Positions 45,352 through 54,647 of a stretch of 64,000 nt of DNA are shown one piece after another. A program made the position numbers and the translations under genes. The stretch is from the NCBI GenBank assembly GCA_965227345.1, contig OZ245755.1, positions 1,141,351 through 1,205,350 of the forward strand. Reading direction: 5' to 3'. Under the pieces are notes generated by a model, which saw only the letters and a program-made list of their open reading frames with translations, made no database searches and was not told the DNA's origin. This stretch comes from Sphingomonadales bacterium. GTDB lineage: Bacteria; Pseudomonadota; Alphaproteobacteria; Sphingomonadales; G965227345. The first letter of the stretch is position 1. The number at the start of each line of letters is the position of its first letter.

Positions 45352-46443
45352 ATGTCTGATGTATTGCTAACTGCCTTTTCAAATGATTATTTCGAAGCAA
45401 GAGCCAAATTCCTGGCCTCATGTCAGACGCGGGGCATCGCGGTCGAAACATATTATAACCCTGCCCCCGGCCCTGACGGCAGGGAGCTTTCCACAGATGT
45501 CGCTGTATTTGGTTCCAAACAGGCTTCGAATGTTCTTGTTATCGTTTCCGGCACACATGGTGTCGAAGGGCTTGCCGGCTCGGGATGTCAGGTTTCATGG
45601 ATCCGGTCTACCGCTCTTGATAACCTGCCTGACGATGTGGCCGTCATTATCGTTCATATGATAAACCCTTGGGGAGCAGCCTGGAGACGGCGTCAAACGG
45701 AAGATAATGTGGATTTAAATCGTAATTTTTGCGATTTTTCTTCGCCTTTACCCGACAATCCCCAATACGCAGAGCTACAGGAGACCCTGACGTGCCCGGA
45801 GCATGAAGGCCCGGCCCAAATTGCCGCCAAAACAAAAATAGAAAATTATCGCCAGGAAGCAGGTGAGAAAAATTTCGGCACCGCATTATTTCAGGGACAA
45901 TACATTCACCCGCAAGGCATTGGATTTGGGGGCCAGCAGGCAACATGGTCGAATAAAGTATTAACTGATATTTTTGAGACCTGCACCCTGGGCGCACAGC
46001 GGCTCGCTTTTATAGATCTTCATACTGGCCTTGGCCCCTTTGGTCACGGCATGCTAATCAGTACAGCAAATGATGGCCCGGAATTGAGAGCAGCAAAAGA
46101 CTGGTTCGGACCGGACATTACGGCCATCAAAGATCCCGACATAGACATGCCTTATGACGTTCGCGGAGACATGTGTAGTGCCGTGCGCACCCTTAAAAGT
46201 GGCGCATTTGTTGTAGCACTTGCCCTTGAATATGGCACATTTGAGGTAGATCAGTTCGCAAGGCTACAGATTGAAGACTGCTGGCTTGAAAATCACGGTG
46301 ACTTAGCGTCCGAAACAGGACAGAAAATTCGACGCGAGTTGCAAACATTTTTTTATCCTGCAACGCCGGAATGGTTTGAAATGATCGTCGAGCGTTCAGA
46401 TCAGGTCTTCACTCAGGCCCTGATCGCCCTGACGGAAAAATAG
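45352..46443 (+). CDS. DUF2817 / M14-like zinc hydrolase (succinylglutamate desuccinylase-aspartoacylase-carboxypeptidase superfamily; cassette 1)
   Basis: Zinc motif SGTHGVEG (HxxE), INPWG...NVDLNRNF, and second His in FIDLHTGLGPFG. Start moved to ATG 45352, downstream of the ALDH stop, by alignment with paralog 48076-49167. Confidence 0.65.
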   Translation: MSDVLLTAFSNDYFEARAKFLASCQTRGIAVETYYNPAPGPDGRELSTDVAVFGSKQASNVLVIVSGTHGVEGLAGSGCQVSWIRSTALDNLPDDVAVIIVHMINPWGAAWRRRQTEDNVDLNRNFCDFSSPLPDNPQYAELQETLTCPEHEGPAQIAAKTKIENYRQEAGEKNFGTALFQGQYIHPQGIGFGGQQATWSNKVLTDIFETCTLGAQRLAFIDLHTGLGPFGHGMLISTANDGPELRAAKDWFGPDITAIKDPDIDMPYDVRGDMCSAVRTLKSGAFVVALALEYGTFEVDQFARLQIEDCWLENHGDLASETGQKIRRELQTFFYPATPEWFEMIVERSDQVFTQALIALTEK

Positions 46444-46549
46444 ACTTTCACTCTGAATAGAATTGGTGAAGCAGAACCAATAGATTTTTGCTTTTGGTCC
46501 ATAATTAGCTATTAATCCGGGATACCTTGTTTTCAATTCGGATATACCT

Positions 46550-47716
46550 GTGACTGATCAGACTATTATAAAGCCCGCACAAACCATCCACTGTGCCAGA
46601 TATCTGTTTGATATCCCGTCGGATATCCACTATTTCAACTGTGCCTATATGACGCCGCTGCTTAAAACGGCCTATCGTGCGGGTGTTGATGGTCTGGGGC
46701 AAAAACTCAGCCCGTGGAAAATTCAGCAGGAAGACTTTTTCGCCCCGTCTGAAGAAGCTCGCCGTCTTTTTGCCCGCCTCGTTGGTGCCACGGCAGATGA
46801 CATTGCCATTATCCCCTCTGCCAGTTATGGCATTGGCATTGCCGCCCATAACATCAACTTGAAGTCCGGGGACGAAATCCTTGTGCTGGAAGGCCAGTTT
46901 CCGTCAAATATTTACCCGTGGCGGGATGCTGCCGCGCGAACGGGCGCCCGCATCATAACCGTCAATACGCCGTCTGATAGCAACTGGACCGCGGCACTCG
47001 TCTCGGCCATCACCCCCCGTACCAAAGTTATCGCTATTCCGCATTGCCACTGGGTAGATGGCAATCTGATTGATCTGGTCACGGTCAGGACATTATGCGA
47101 CAAGAGCGCCGCGGCCCTTGTGGTGGACGGCACCCAATCCGTGGGGGCCTGTCCCTTTGATGTACAGACCATCAGACCGGACTTTCTGATCTGCGCGGCC
47201 TACAAGTGGCTTCTTGGCCCTTATAGTCTGGGGTTCATGTATGCAGACCAACGATGGCATGACGGGCGACCGCTGGAACACAACTGGATTACACGCCAGG
47301 ATGCCGAAAACATGAGCAGGCTGATGGATTATACAGATGCCCGCCAACCGGGGGCCCGGCGATTTGACATGGGCGAACGATCCAATTTTGCCCTGTTGCC
47401 TGTCGTGATTGCCGCCCTGAATCAGCTTCTTGAATGGGGCGTGCCCAACATTGCCAAAACGCTGGGCGATATAAATGACAGCATATTCGGTCAGCTGGAA
47501 TGGGCGGGCAAGCCAGCAATGCGCCCCCCTTATCAGGCCCCACATTACCTGACCATCCCCCTGCCCGATTCAAACCCGGATGCCATACTGGCAAACTTTG
47601 CAGAAAATCAGGTTTATGCCAGCGTCAGGGGAAATTCGCTGCGCCTCACCGCACATCTTTATGTCTCTGAAGAAGATATTGAAGCGCTGGTAAACTGCTT
47701 AAGGCTCGGCAAATAA
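46550..47716 (+). CDS. class-V-fold PLP-dependent enzyme (aminotransferase/desulfurase/lyase-like)
   Basis: GTG start; DGTQSVG; PLP-Lys context AAYKWLLGPYSLGFMY; 388 aa. Confidence 0.75.
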   Translation: MTDQTIIKPAQTIHCARYLFDIPSDIHYFNCAYMTPLLKTAYRAGVDGLGQKLSPWKIQQEDFFAPSEEARRLFARLVGATADDIAIIPSASYGIGIAAHNINLKSGDEILVLEGQFPSNIYPWRDAAARTGARIITVNTPSDSNWTAALVSAITPRTKVIAIPHCHWVDGNLIDLVTVRTLCDKSAAALVVDGTQSVGACPFDVQTIRPDFLICAAYKWLLGPYSLGFMYADQRWHDGRPLEHNWITRQDAENMSRLMDYTDARQPGARRFDMGERSNFALLPVVIAALNQLLEWGVPNIAKTLGDINDSIFGQLEWAGKPAMRPPYQAPHYLTIPLPDSNPDAILANFAENQVYASVRGNSLRLTAHLYVSEEDIEALVNCLRLGK

Positions 47717-47906
47717 CAGGGGAAGGAGTGACCTGCCGAAAATCAAAAACCAGGACCGCTTCGGAAACCCGGTGATTCCACGCGAATGGTTCCTTGCGCC
47801 ACTGTTCCTCATTGATGAGGCCGTAGAGAAAATTAAGGACGGTACAATCTCGGATTACATCTACGATTCAAAGGCAGAAATGCTGATTGAGTATAAATAA
47901 TGCTGC

Positions 47907-47944
47907 GTGCAAGCGCCTGTAATTCGATAGCTTGGCACATTTTT
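47907..47944 (+). terminator. intrinsic terminator closing cassette 1
   Basis: GTGCAAGC(47907-14) pairs with GCTTGGCAC(47930-38) with one bulge, and is followed by ATTTTTA. Confidence 0.45.
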
Positions 47945-48075
47945 ACCGAAATAATCAGCCGAATATTACCCTTGCGTTACCCTAAATTTTTCTGATCATG
48001 TGAATTGACATTTATTCAATAAATATCAATGAATTATAAAAACAAGATCAATGTGTCACGTCACATCGAACACAA

Positions 48076-49167
48076 TTATTTTTGCGTGCCAAGGCCGCGT
48101 AGTGCCTGATTGATCACCTGCTCTGCGCGTGTCCAGACAGCTTCCCGCCAATCGGCATTACGGGGGCAGAAAGCTTCAAGCAAGTCTCGTGTAATGGTCT
48201 TGCCCAATGCACTTTTGGGATCGCCATATTGCCAAAGCCAATGATCCCGCCTCAAGCAATTCATTACATGATCAAATGGGTAAGCGCCGAATTCCAGTAC
48301 AACTGAAATTACCTCACCTGTCCCCAGAACACCTGGATAGCCGAAACTTGGATGACCTGACGGGGCATAATAGTCTCCTCTTCCCTCAAGTGCTTCTGCT
48401 ACCGGCGCCTCAATCCAGCCCCCAAACCATTTCTGCGCACGCTCCAGATCCGCGCCTGTATCCATTGAAACCGCCATACCATAGCCATATGGCCCAACGC
48501 CGGAGTGTAAATCGACGATGCAAACCTGCTCCGCATTCTCGGCTTGCTCTGCCAGAACAGAAAGCAGGGTTTTAGATGACCAGGCCAGATCTTGGCCGCC
48601 ATAGAACACGCCATCAGGCTTCTGATACTGACCACTCGCGAACGCTCTCATCAGCGCGTTATTGCCCTTTCGGGCGGCAAAATCAGCCAGTTCTTCCTCC
48701 GCAGCCCGCCACTTTGGCCCCTCTATATCAGGGCAATTAATGGCATCGTGAATTTCAAGATAACTCTCGTTAGCAGGCAGTGGCTTTGAAAAATCCATAA
48801 AATTTCTGCAAAGATCAATATTGTCCTCGTTATTTCTGCGAACGGCAGTAGCGCCCCAGCAGTTTATGCCATGCACCAGCACCACAGCAGTGTCATCAGG
48901 AAGATTCTGTGGCCCTCCATTGACTATCCAGCCAATTTGACAGGCAGAACCAACCAGCGCTTCTGCCCCGTGATGACCGGAGATCAGAACAAGTACATGT
49001 CGCGCGTTTTTGGCGCCAAACCTGACAACATCCGTCGCTATTTCCTCACCATTCGGTCCACCGCGAGGATTAACAAAGGTTTGCACCGGTTGACCAGCAA
49101 AGGCGGCAGCTCCAGAAAACCTTGATCGCGCTTCCATAAAATTCCCGGAGAAATAATATTTGCTCAT
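48076..49167 (-). CDS. DUF2817 / M14-like zinc hydrolase (cassette 2)
   Basis: SGHHGAEA (HxxE), INCWG...NIDLCRNF and IVDLHSGVGPYG. ATG 49167 preferred over TTG 49185 by alignment of FSGNFMEARSRF with FSNDYFEARAKF of the paralog. Confidence 0.65.
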   Translation of the reverse strand: MSKYYFSGNFMEARSRFSGAAAFAGQPVQTFVNPRGGPNGEEIATDVVRFGAKNARHVLVLISGHHGAEALVGSACQIGWIVNGGPQNLPDDTAVVLVHGINCWGATAVRRNNEDNIDLCRNFMDFSKPLPANESYLEIHDAINCPDIEGPKWRAAEEELADFAARKGNNALMRAFASGQYQKPDGVFYGGQDLAWSSKTLLSVLAEQAENAEQVCIVDLHSGVGPYGYGMAVSMDTGADLERAQKWFGGWIEAPVAEALEGRGDYYAPSGHPSFGYPGVLGTGEVISVVLEFGAYPFDHVMNCLRRDHWLWQYGDPKSALGKTITRDLLEAFCPRNADWREAVWTRAEQVINQALRGLGTQK

Positions 49168-49181
49168 TTCAAATCTCGCTT

Positions 49182-50543
49182 TCAATATACATGTAATTTT
49201 TTGTGTCTGCGCGTCTGTTGCTGATGGATACGCCTGGTGATGAGGTCATGACGTTTCCGGTTAATCGGATAGCGCAGCAACATGGACGCTGCGGGCAAAA
49301 GAAGAAATGCCGGGACAACCAACCCTACAAAACCCAGCCCCCAGACACCCCCGGCCATTGGCCTCGTCGGATCAAAGCCAAGAAACTGAATGATCGGCAG
49401 AGAAATCCCCACACTTAAAGCCAAAGATAATTTCAGCGAAAAGTTATAGATGGCCATATATAATCCCACATCCGATGTCCCGCCCTTAAGCGTGGCATAG
49501 TCTGCCGCATCTGCTATCAGGGCGGTCGGCAAGACCCAGATTGGTGATATAGCAACCCCAAGCAATGCAAAAACCAGAACCGCACTTACATAGCTCCCGT
49601 TTGGAACAAGCATCAGCATCGGCAGCGTGGCCGATACCCCAATGGCCGAAAAGGCCAGAATCCTGTGCTTTCCCATTTTGTTGGCTGCCCGTACAATAAG
49701 AGGAACCAGCATAATTCCGACAAAAAATTGCACCAGCACAAGTGACAGGAATGCTCCCTTGGCAAGCCCGGCAAAAAACTCAACAACCATGAGTATTGCC
49801 GCATTATAGATATTGACACCTAACCAGATGAGGAATGTCACCAGGATAAGCAGCAGAAAAGGTTTGTTCTGTCGCAGTGTCTTGAGAGTCACCTTCAAAC
49901 TTGGCACATCTGCACGCTCGGCAACCTGCCCGCGCGGCACTGCGACCACAGCAAAAAGGACCAGAACAGGAAACAAGCCTACAGTAAGCCAGATAAATGT
50001 TTCAAGTATCTGGGCAATTGTCGGGTCTGCGTTACGGAATATTAAAAGCGGAAAGGCCGTTGCCAGTAAAACGCCAAGAAAAGTAGCTCCTTCCCGAAAA
50101 CCAACGATACGGTTACGCTCCCGATAATCCGCCGTTAATTCTGCCCCCCAGGAAAGATACGGTATCTGAACCATTGTCCAGGCGGCGTAGTAAGTAAATA
50201 TTGTAATGGCCAGATACAAGGAACCGGCGCCAGCTGGTGGTGCAAAAAGCGCCCAGGTGCTGACGGCAAGTAGCGGCATACCAATCAAGACCCAGGGCTT
50301 TCGCGCACCCCAACGGCTTGTCGTTCTGTCAGAGACCATCCCCATTACAGGATCAAGAAGGGCATCCCACGCCCGCGCCACGAAAAACGCCAGCCCTATC
50401 GCTCCAAGGCTCATCCCCATTTCGGTCGCATAGAAGGCCGGGACATAAACAACCAGAGCCAGATTAAGTGTGGAAAGCACAATTGCTGGCCCCGCATAAG
50501 TCAGAAGAATCTTCGACGAAAAGCGTCTACCGTCAAACACCAT
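49182..50543 (-). CDS. MFS transporter, glycoside-pentoside-hexuronide (GPH/MelB-like) type
   Basis: 12 TM helices with the GPH signature ARAWDALLDPVMGMVSDRTTSRWGARKPW. Confidence 0.8.
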   Translation of the reverse strand: MVFDGRRFSSKILLTYAGPAIVLSTLNLALVVYVPAFYATEMGMSLGAIGLAFFVARAWDALLDPVMGMVSDRTTSRWGARKPWVLIGMPLLAVSTWALFAPPAGAGSLYLAITIFTYYAAWTMVQIPYLSWGAELTADYRERNRIVGFREGATFLGVLLATAFPLLIFRNADPTIAQILETFIWLTVGLFPVLVLFAVVAVPRGQVAERADVPSLKVTLKTLRQNKPFLLLILVTFLIWLGVNIYNAAILMVVEFFAGLAKGAFLSLVLVQFFVGIMLVPLIVRAANKMGKHRILAFSAIGVSATLPMLMLVPNGSYVSAVLVFALLGVAISPIWVLPTALIADAADYATLKGGTSDVGLYMAIYNFSLKLSLALSVGISLPIIQFLGFDPTRPMAGGVWGLGFVGLVVPAFLLLPAASMLLRYPINRKRHDLITRRIHQQQTRRHKKLHVY

Positions 50544-50638
50544 GGCTCTGCCTGCGTTCTTCTACCAAAACATGCCTTGTAAAACCGCGCGATGCGTCGT
50601 GGTTGCACTCAATTGAACAACCACGACACACCGTTTCG

Positions 50639-52957
50639 TTAGAAGCGCTTTGATGCCACAATCCCAATCTCTCGGGGACGGTTGCGATAAACATAATCGC
50701 CGAAAGTACTGTTATAGCTGCCTGTAACGGCTATCTTGTTGAATACATTGTTGACGAAAAGGCTCGCTGACCAATCGCCTGCCATTTCTTCCGCGCCTAT
50801 CCTGATATTCGCAAGGGCGTATTTACCCGATTCCCGGTTTGCAGGATCACTGACATCCACCAGGCTGTTAAACCTGCCAATATAATTCAGATCGCCCCGA
50901 ACCAGGCCTTCGATAGTCCCCGTCAACGGAAAACGGTATTCAGCAGAAAGACTGGCCGTCACTTTCGGAACACCTGCCAATTGATCGCCCTCCTGACCGA
51001 ACAGGGCAACAGATTCGCCCAGTTGAGCATCAACGTAGCCAATCCCGGCCGTAACCTGAAGGTTTTCCGTTATAAGTGCAGTGATATCTCCCTCAATCCC
51101 ATAGATGCTGGCACTGGCAACATTATCAAAGAAGGTAAACCCGCAATTGAGCTGTTTTCTAAGCTGTATATTGCTCCAGTCAATTTTATAGGCTGCCCCA
51201 TTGATTTGGACGCGCTGGTCCGCAAGTGATTTCTTGGCACCGACTTCATAACTCCAAAGAGAGTCTGAATCATATGCAACAGGGCTGTTCGTGAGCCCCA
51301 GTGCGGCAAGCTCCGGCCCGCATTGAGGTGTGTTCGGGATCGGTTGGTTAAAACCGCCGATGCGATAACCTTTGCTAGCCGTCGCATAAACCGTTGTCTC
51401 ACTATCCGGTTTATACGATAGCGTGATCTTTGGGTTAAATCCGTTTTCTTTGGAACTGCCAACACGGTTGGTTGCCCCAGGTGAGGCAAAGATACTTGCC
51501 GGATTGATTGCCAGATCAAAGTTCTGTTTCACGTCAAAATAGCGACCACCCAGAACCAGTTCAAACTGGTCCGTAATGTCGAAGGTCAATTCACCAAATA
51601 AAGCGAACTGCTCGACATCCTGATCCACATTGGCCTGATAGACATTCGGGTAGGTCCCCGGCACCAGAATAGCCGGAAATTCACCAATAACTGTAGCCCC
51701 AAAATAGTCGTTATATTCTGGCCAAAACCCGTCCTGGATAAAGTTCTTGTTCAGCTTTGAATAATAAGCCCCAAGTACATACTGCAAAGCTCCATCCGAT
51801 TTTGAAGCAATACGCAGTTCCTGATTAAAGTCGTTATACTTGTTCTGGTTCAGCAACTGACTTGATGGATCAACCGGCCCAAAGACCGACTGTGAGAATA
51901 ACGTTGTATCCTGGCGGTCAAGATTATAACGCTTGTAATATGACGTGGAGGACGTAATCGTCGCACCATCCAGATCATAATCAACCACAGCATTGTAAAT
52001 ATCTACATTATCGCGATTGAACGGCTCAACATAGTCAATTGTGTCCAGTTCATTGCCGTACAACACGCCAGCTGTTCCATGCACCCGGTATTCACGGCGC
52101 ATGTATTTTAATTGAACACGCAAGGCCTCACCCAGATATGCCATCAGGTTGGCGCGCACAGACCAGCTATTGTCATCGTTAAAATTATCTTTACCGGGCA
52201 CCTTCCCGTCAGGACCAAACCCCAGTCCGACCAACGGCGCCTTATTGTCAATATAGCCACCATTGTGATGCGCTCCCGCGACCACCCGCAACGCGACTTT
52301 GTCCTTGATGATTGGCATATTAATCATACCGTCACCACTGTATGAAGCACTTCCACCCTTGGTAAGTGATCCACGCCCCCGAACCTTGCCTTCCCACTTC
52401 CCAGCGTCCGGCAAATTGGTAATATAGCGTACAGTGCCGCCCATCGAACCTGCACCGTAGAGCGTCCCTTGCGGCCCCTTCAAAACCTCAATACGCTGCA
52501 AATCAAACAGATTGAGGTCTGGCGATGCGCCATTCTCATTATTGGTACCGCCGGCATTGGTGATGGTCACATCGTCAATATAGACGCCGACCGTTTCCTG
52601 AGGTTCGGATTCCGTTGAACTGGAGACACCCCTGATTTTTATTTTCTTGCGGTTTGCACCCGCGTCAAAAATAGCAAGGCCCGGAATTTTGGCCCCAAAA
52701 TCAGCGAGGCCCTGCGCACCCATCGACGACAGATCTGAACCGGAAAGGGCACCAATTGCAGCAGGGATGTCCTGCATCGACTGCTCACCCCGCTTGGACG
52801 CGGTTACAACAATTTCTTCCAGGCGCATCTCGGCAGCATGCGCCACGCTGGAAAATATAAAAAAACTGGCAAATGGGGCGACAAAACGTATCATGCCACA
52901 GTTATTCCCCCTTCTGTCTGATTGTACCTGTGTACTCTTCCCCGGCATGGACTTCAT
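50639..52957 (-). CDS. TonB-dependent receptor (cassette 2)
   Basis: Signal peptide (possibly from the internal ATG 52894: MIRFVAPFASFFIFSSVAHA); plug EEIVVTASKRGEQSMQDIPAAIGAL...IRGV; C-terminus GIVASKRF. Confidence 0.9.
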   Translation of the reverse strand: MKSMPGKSTQVQSDRRGNNCGMIRFVAPFASFFIFSSVAHAAEMRLEEIVVTASKRGEQSMQDIPAAIGALSGSDLSSMGAQGLADFGAKIPGLAIFDAGANRKKIKIRGVSSSTESEPQETVGVYIDDVTITNAGGTNNENGASPDLNLFDLQRIEVLKGPQGTLYGAGSMGGTVRYITNLPDAGKWEGKVRGRGSLTKGGSASYSGDGMINMPIIKDKVALRVVAGAHHNGGYIDNKAPLVGLGFGPDGKVPGKDNFNDDNSWSVRANLMAYLGEALRVQLKYMRREYRVHGTAGVLYGNELDTIDYVEPFNRDNVDIYNAVVDYDLDGATITSSTSYYKRYNLDRQDTTLFSQSVFGPVDPSSQLLNQNKYNDFNQELRIASKSDGALQYVLGAYYSKLNKNFIQDGFWPEYNDYFGATVIGEFPAILVPGTYPNVYQANVDQDVEQFALFGELTFDITDQFELVLGGRYFDVKQNFDLAINPASIFASPGATNRVGSSKENGFNPKITLSYKPDSETTVYATASKGYRIGGFNQPIPNTPQCGPELAALGLTNSPVAYDSDSLWSYEVGAKKSLADQRVQINGAAYKIDWSNIQLRKQLNCGFTFFDNVASASIYGIEGDITALITENLQVTAGIGYVDAQLGESVALFGQEGDQLAGVPKVTASLSAEYRFPLTGTIEGLVRGDLNYIGRFNSLVDVSDPANRESGKYALANIRIGAEEMAGDWSASLFVNNVFNKIAVTGSYNSTFGDYVYRNRPREIGIVASKRF

Positions 52958-53101
52958 CTCGCGCTCCTTCCATTTATTTTGATTGTGACAAAAAAGCCAA
53001 ATACAAGCTCTCTATCGCTAATACTTTCTAGCATTTAGGTGAAAACCAAAATTATGCAGAAAGCACTCGTTGCTTTGCCAAAGGCCCAGCTTTGGCAAAA
53101 T

Positions 53102-54619
53102 TCACACCAGAAACTCTATCGCCTTCAAGGTTGAATAGGCTTTCAAGCCCTCGAGACCGAATTCAGATCCAAAACCCGACGCCTTGACGGGTTCCGCTCC
53201 CAAAGCAAAACCTGTCCCTTCGCCTCGTGGTGGTGCAGACTGTATTTTGACTTTTCCAGCTCTGACGCTATGGGCCATACGCATGCCTCGCGCCATATCC
53301 CGCGTCCATACAGTTGCGGCCAGGCCAAAGTCTGTATCATTTGCAAGGGCAATTGCTTCCTCTTCTGTCCGAAAGGTTTGAAGAGCCAACACTGGCCCAA
53401 ATATCTCTTCTCGTGCCAGACGACTTCCAGCCCGCACGTTTTCGATAATTGTAGGTTCTATGTAAAAGCCACCGCTTTCCTGTCGGGATGGCTTGCCGCC
53501 GCACAGGATTTTGGCTCCTTCTGAGTCTGCCAAATTTATGTAACCCATAATCCGGTCAAAAAAACGGTCGCCGGCGACAGAACCAAAACGGGTCGCCGGG
53601 TCTAACGGATCGCCGGGTTGATAGTTTTTAAGCTCTGTTTTGAGAGCGGCAACAAGGTCATCCTTCAACCCTTCTTCAACAATCAATTTGCACCGGGAAA
53701 TGCACACCTGACCCTGATTCCAGTATGCATCGTATGCAATCGAGGGGATTGCGGCTGCCAAATCAATACCGTCGTTAAATATAACCTGTGGTGACTTGCC
53801 ACCACATTCGAGATGCACACGCTTGGTGCCGTTCTGTGCTGCCAGCTCCATTATCCTCGATCCCGTCAGGGTCGATCCGGTAAAAGTTATCATATCGATC
53901 AAGGGGTGCTTGCAAATAGCTTCGCCGACATCAGAACCCAATCCCGGAACGATATTCAACACGCCATCAGGAAGTCCCGCTTGCTGCACAATATCGCCAA
54001 GTTTCAAGGCAGAAAGACTGGAAATTTCGGATGGCTTTAATACCAGAGAATTACCGGCCGCCAGGGCTGGCGCGACCTTCAAGGAGGCATTTATCAAAGG
54101 AAAATTCCAGGGCACGATGGCACCAACAACACCAACGGGTTCCCGAATATTAATGCCCAGCACAGTATCATCGCTGGGAATGACACTCCCGTTCACCTTG
54201 TCAAGAGCTTCCCCGTAGAAACGGAAAAAGCCCGCCGCTATGTAAACCTCTTTCTGAGCGTCGGATATAGTCTTCCCCACCTCAAGGCAGTCCAGGAGTG
54301 CAAAATTTTCAACTTCGCGCTCCATCATATCTGCAATGGCAAACATGACCGCCTTTTTGGCCAGCGGGCCACGCCGACGCCATTCGCCCGCGTCAAAACT
54401 TCGCCGTGCCGCCTGACATGCTTTATCCACATCTGCCGCGTTGCAGGATGGTAACGTCGCAAGGATTTGGCCCGTCGCAGGATTAGTAGAAGGGAACAAG
54501 GCATCTGACCCAGACTTATTGTATTTTCCATCAATAAATGGACCCGTTGCCGGGCTAATATTACGCGCCCGGACATGCCAGTCATTGGCCGATAAAGCCT
54601 GTTGAGATGCGATTGTCAT
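53102..54619 (-). CDS. NAD(P)-dependent aldehyde dehydrogenase (cassette 2)
   Basis: PWNFPL, VLKPSE, LECGGKSP, GQVCISRCK and EEIFGPV. Paralog of 43839-45341. Confidence 0.9.
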   Translation of the reverse strand: MTIASQQALSANDWHVRARNISPATGPFIDGKYNKSGSDALFPSTNPATGQILATLPSCNAADVDKACQAARRSFDAGEWRRRGPLAKKAVMFAIADMMEREVENFALLDCLEVGKTISDAQKEVYIAAGFFRFYGEALDKVNGSVIPSDDTVLGINIREPVGVVGAIVPWNFPLINASLKVAPALAAGNSLVLKPSEISSLSALKLGDIVQQAGLPDGVLNIVPGLGSDVGEAICKHPLIDMITFTGSTLTGSRIMELAAQNGTKRVHLECGGKSPQVIFNDGIDLAAAIPSIAYDAYWNQGQVCISRCKLIVEEGLKDDLVAALKTELKNYQPGDPLDPATRFGSVAGDRFFDRIMGYINLADSEGAKILCGGKPSRQESGGFYIEPTIIENVRAGSRLAREEIFGPVLALQTFRTEEEAIALANDTDFGLAATVWTRDMARGMRMAHSVRAGKVKIQSAPPRGEGTGFALGAEPVKASGFGSEFGLEGLKAYSTLKAIEFLV

Positions 54620-54647
54620 ATAATAATTACTCCATAAAACTGTCTTG

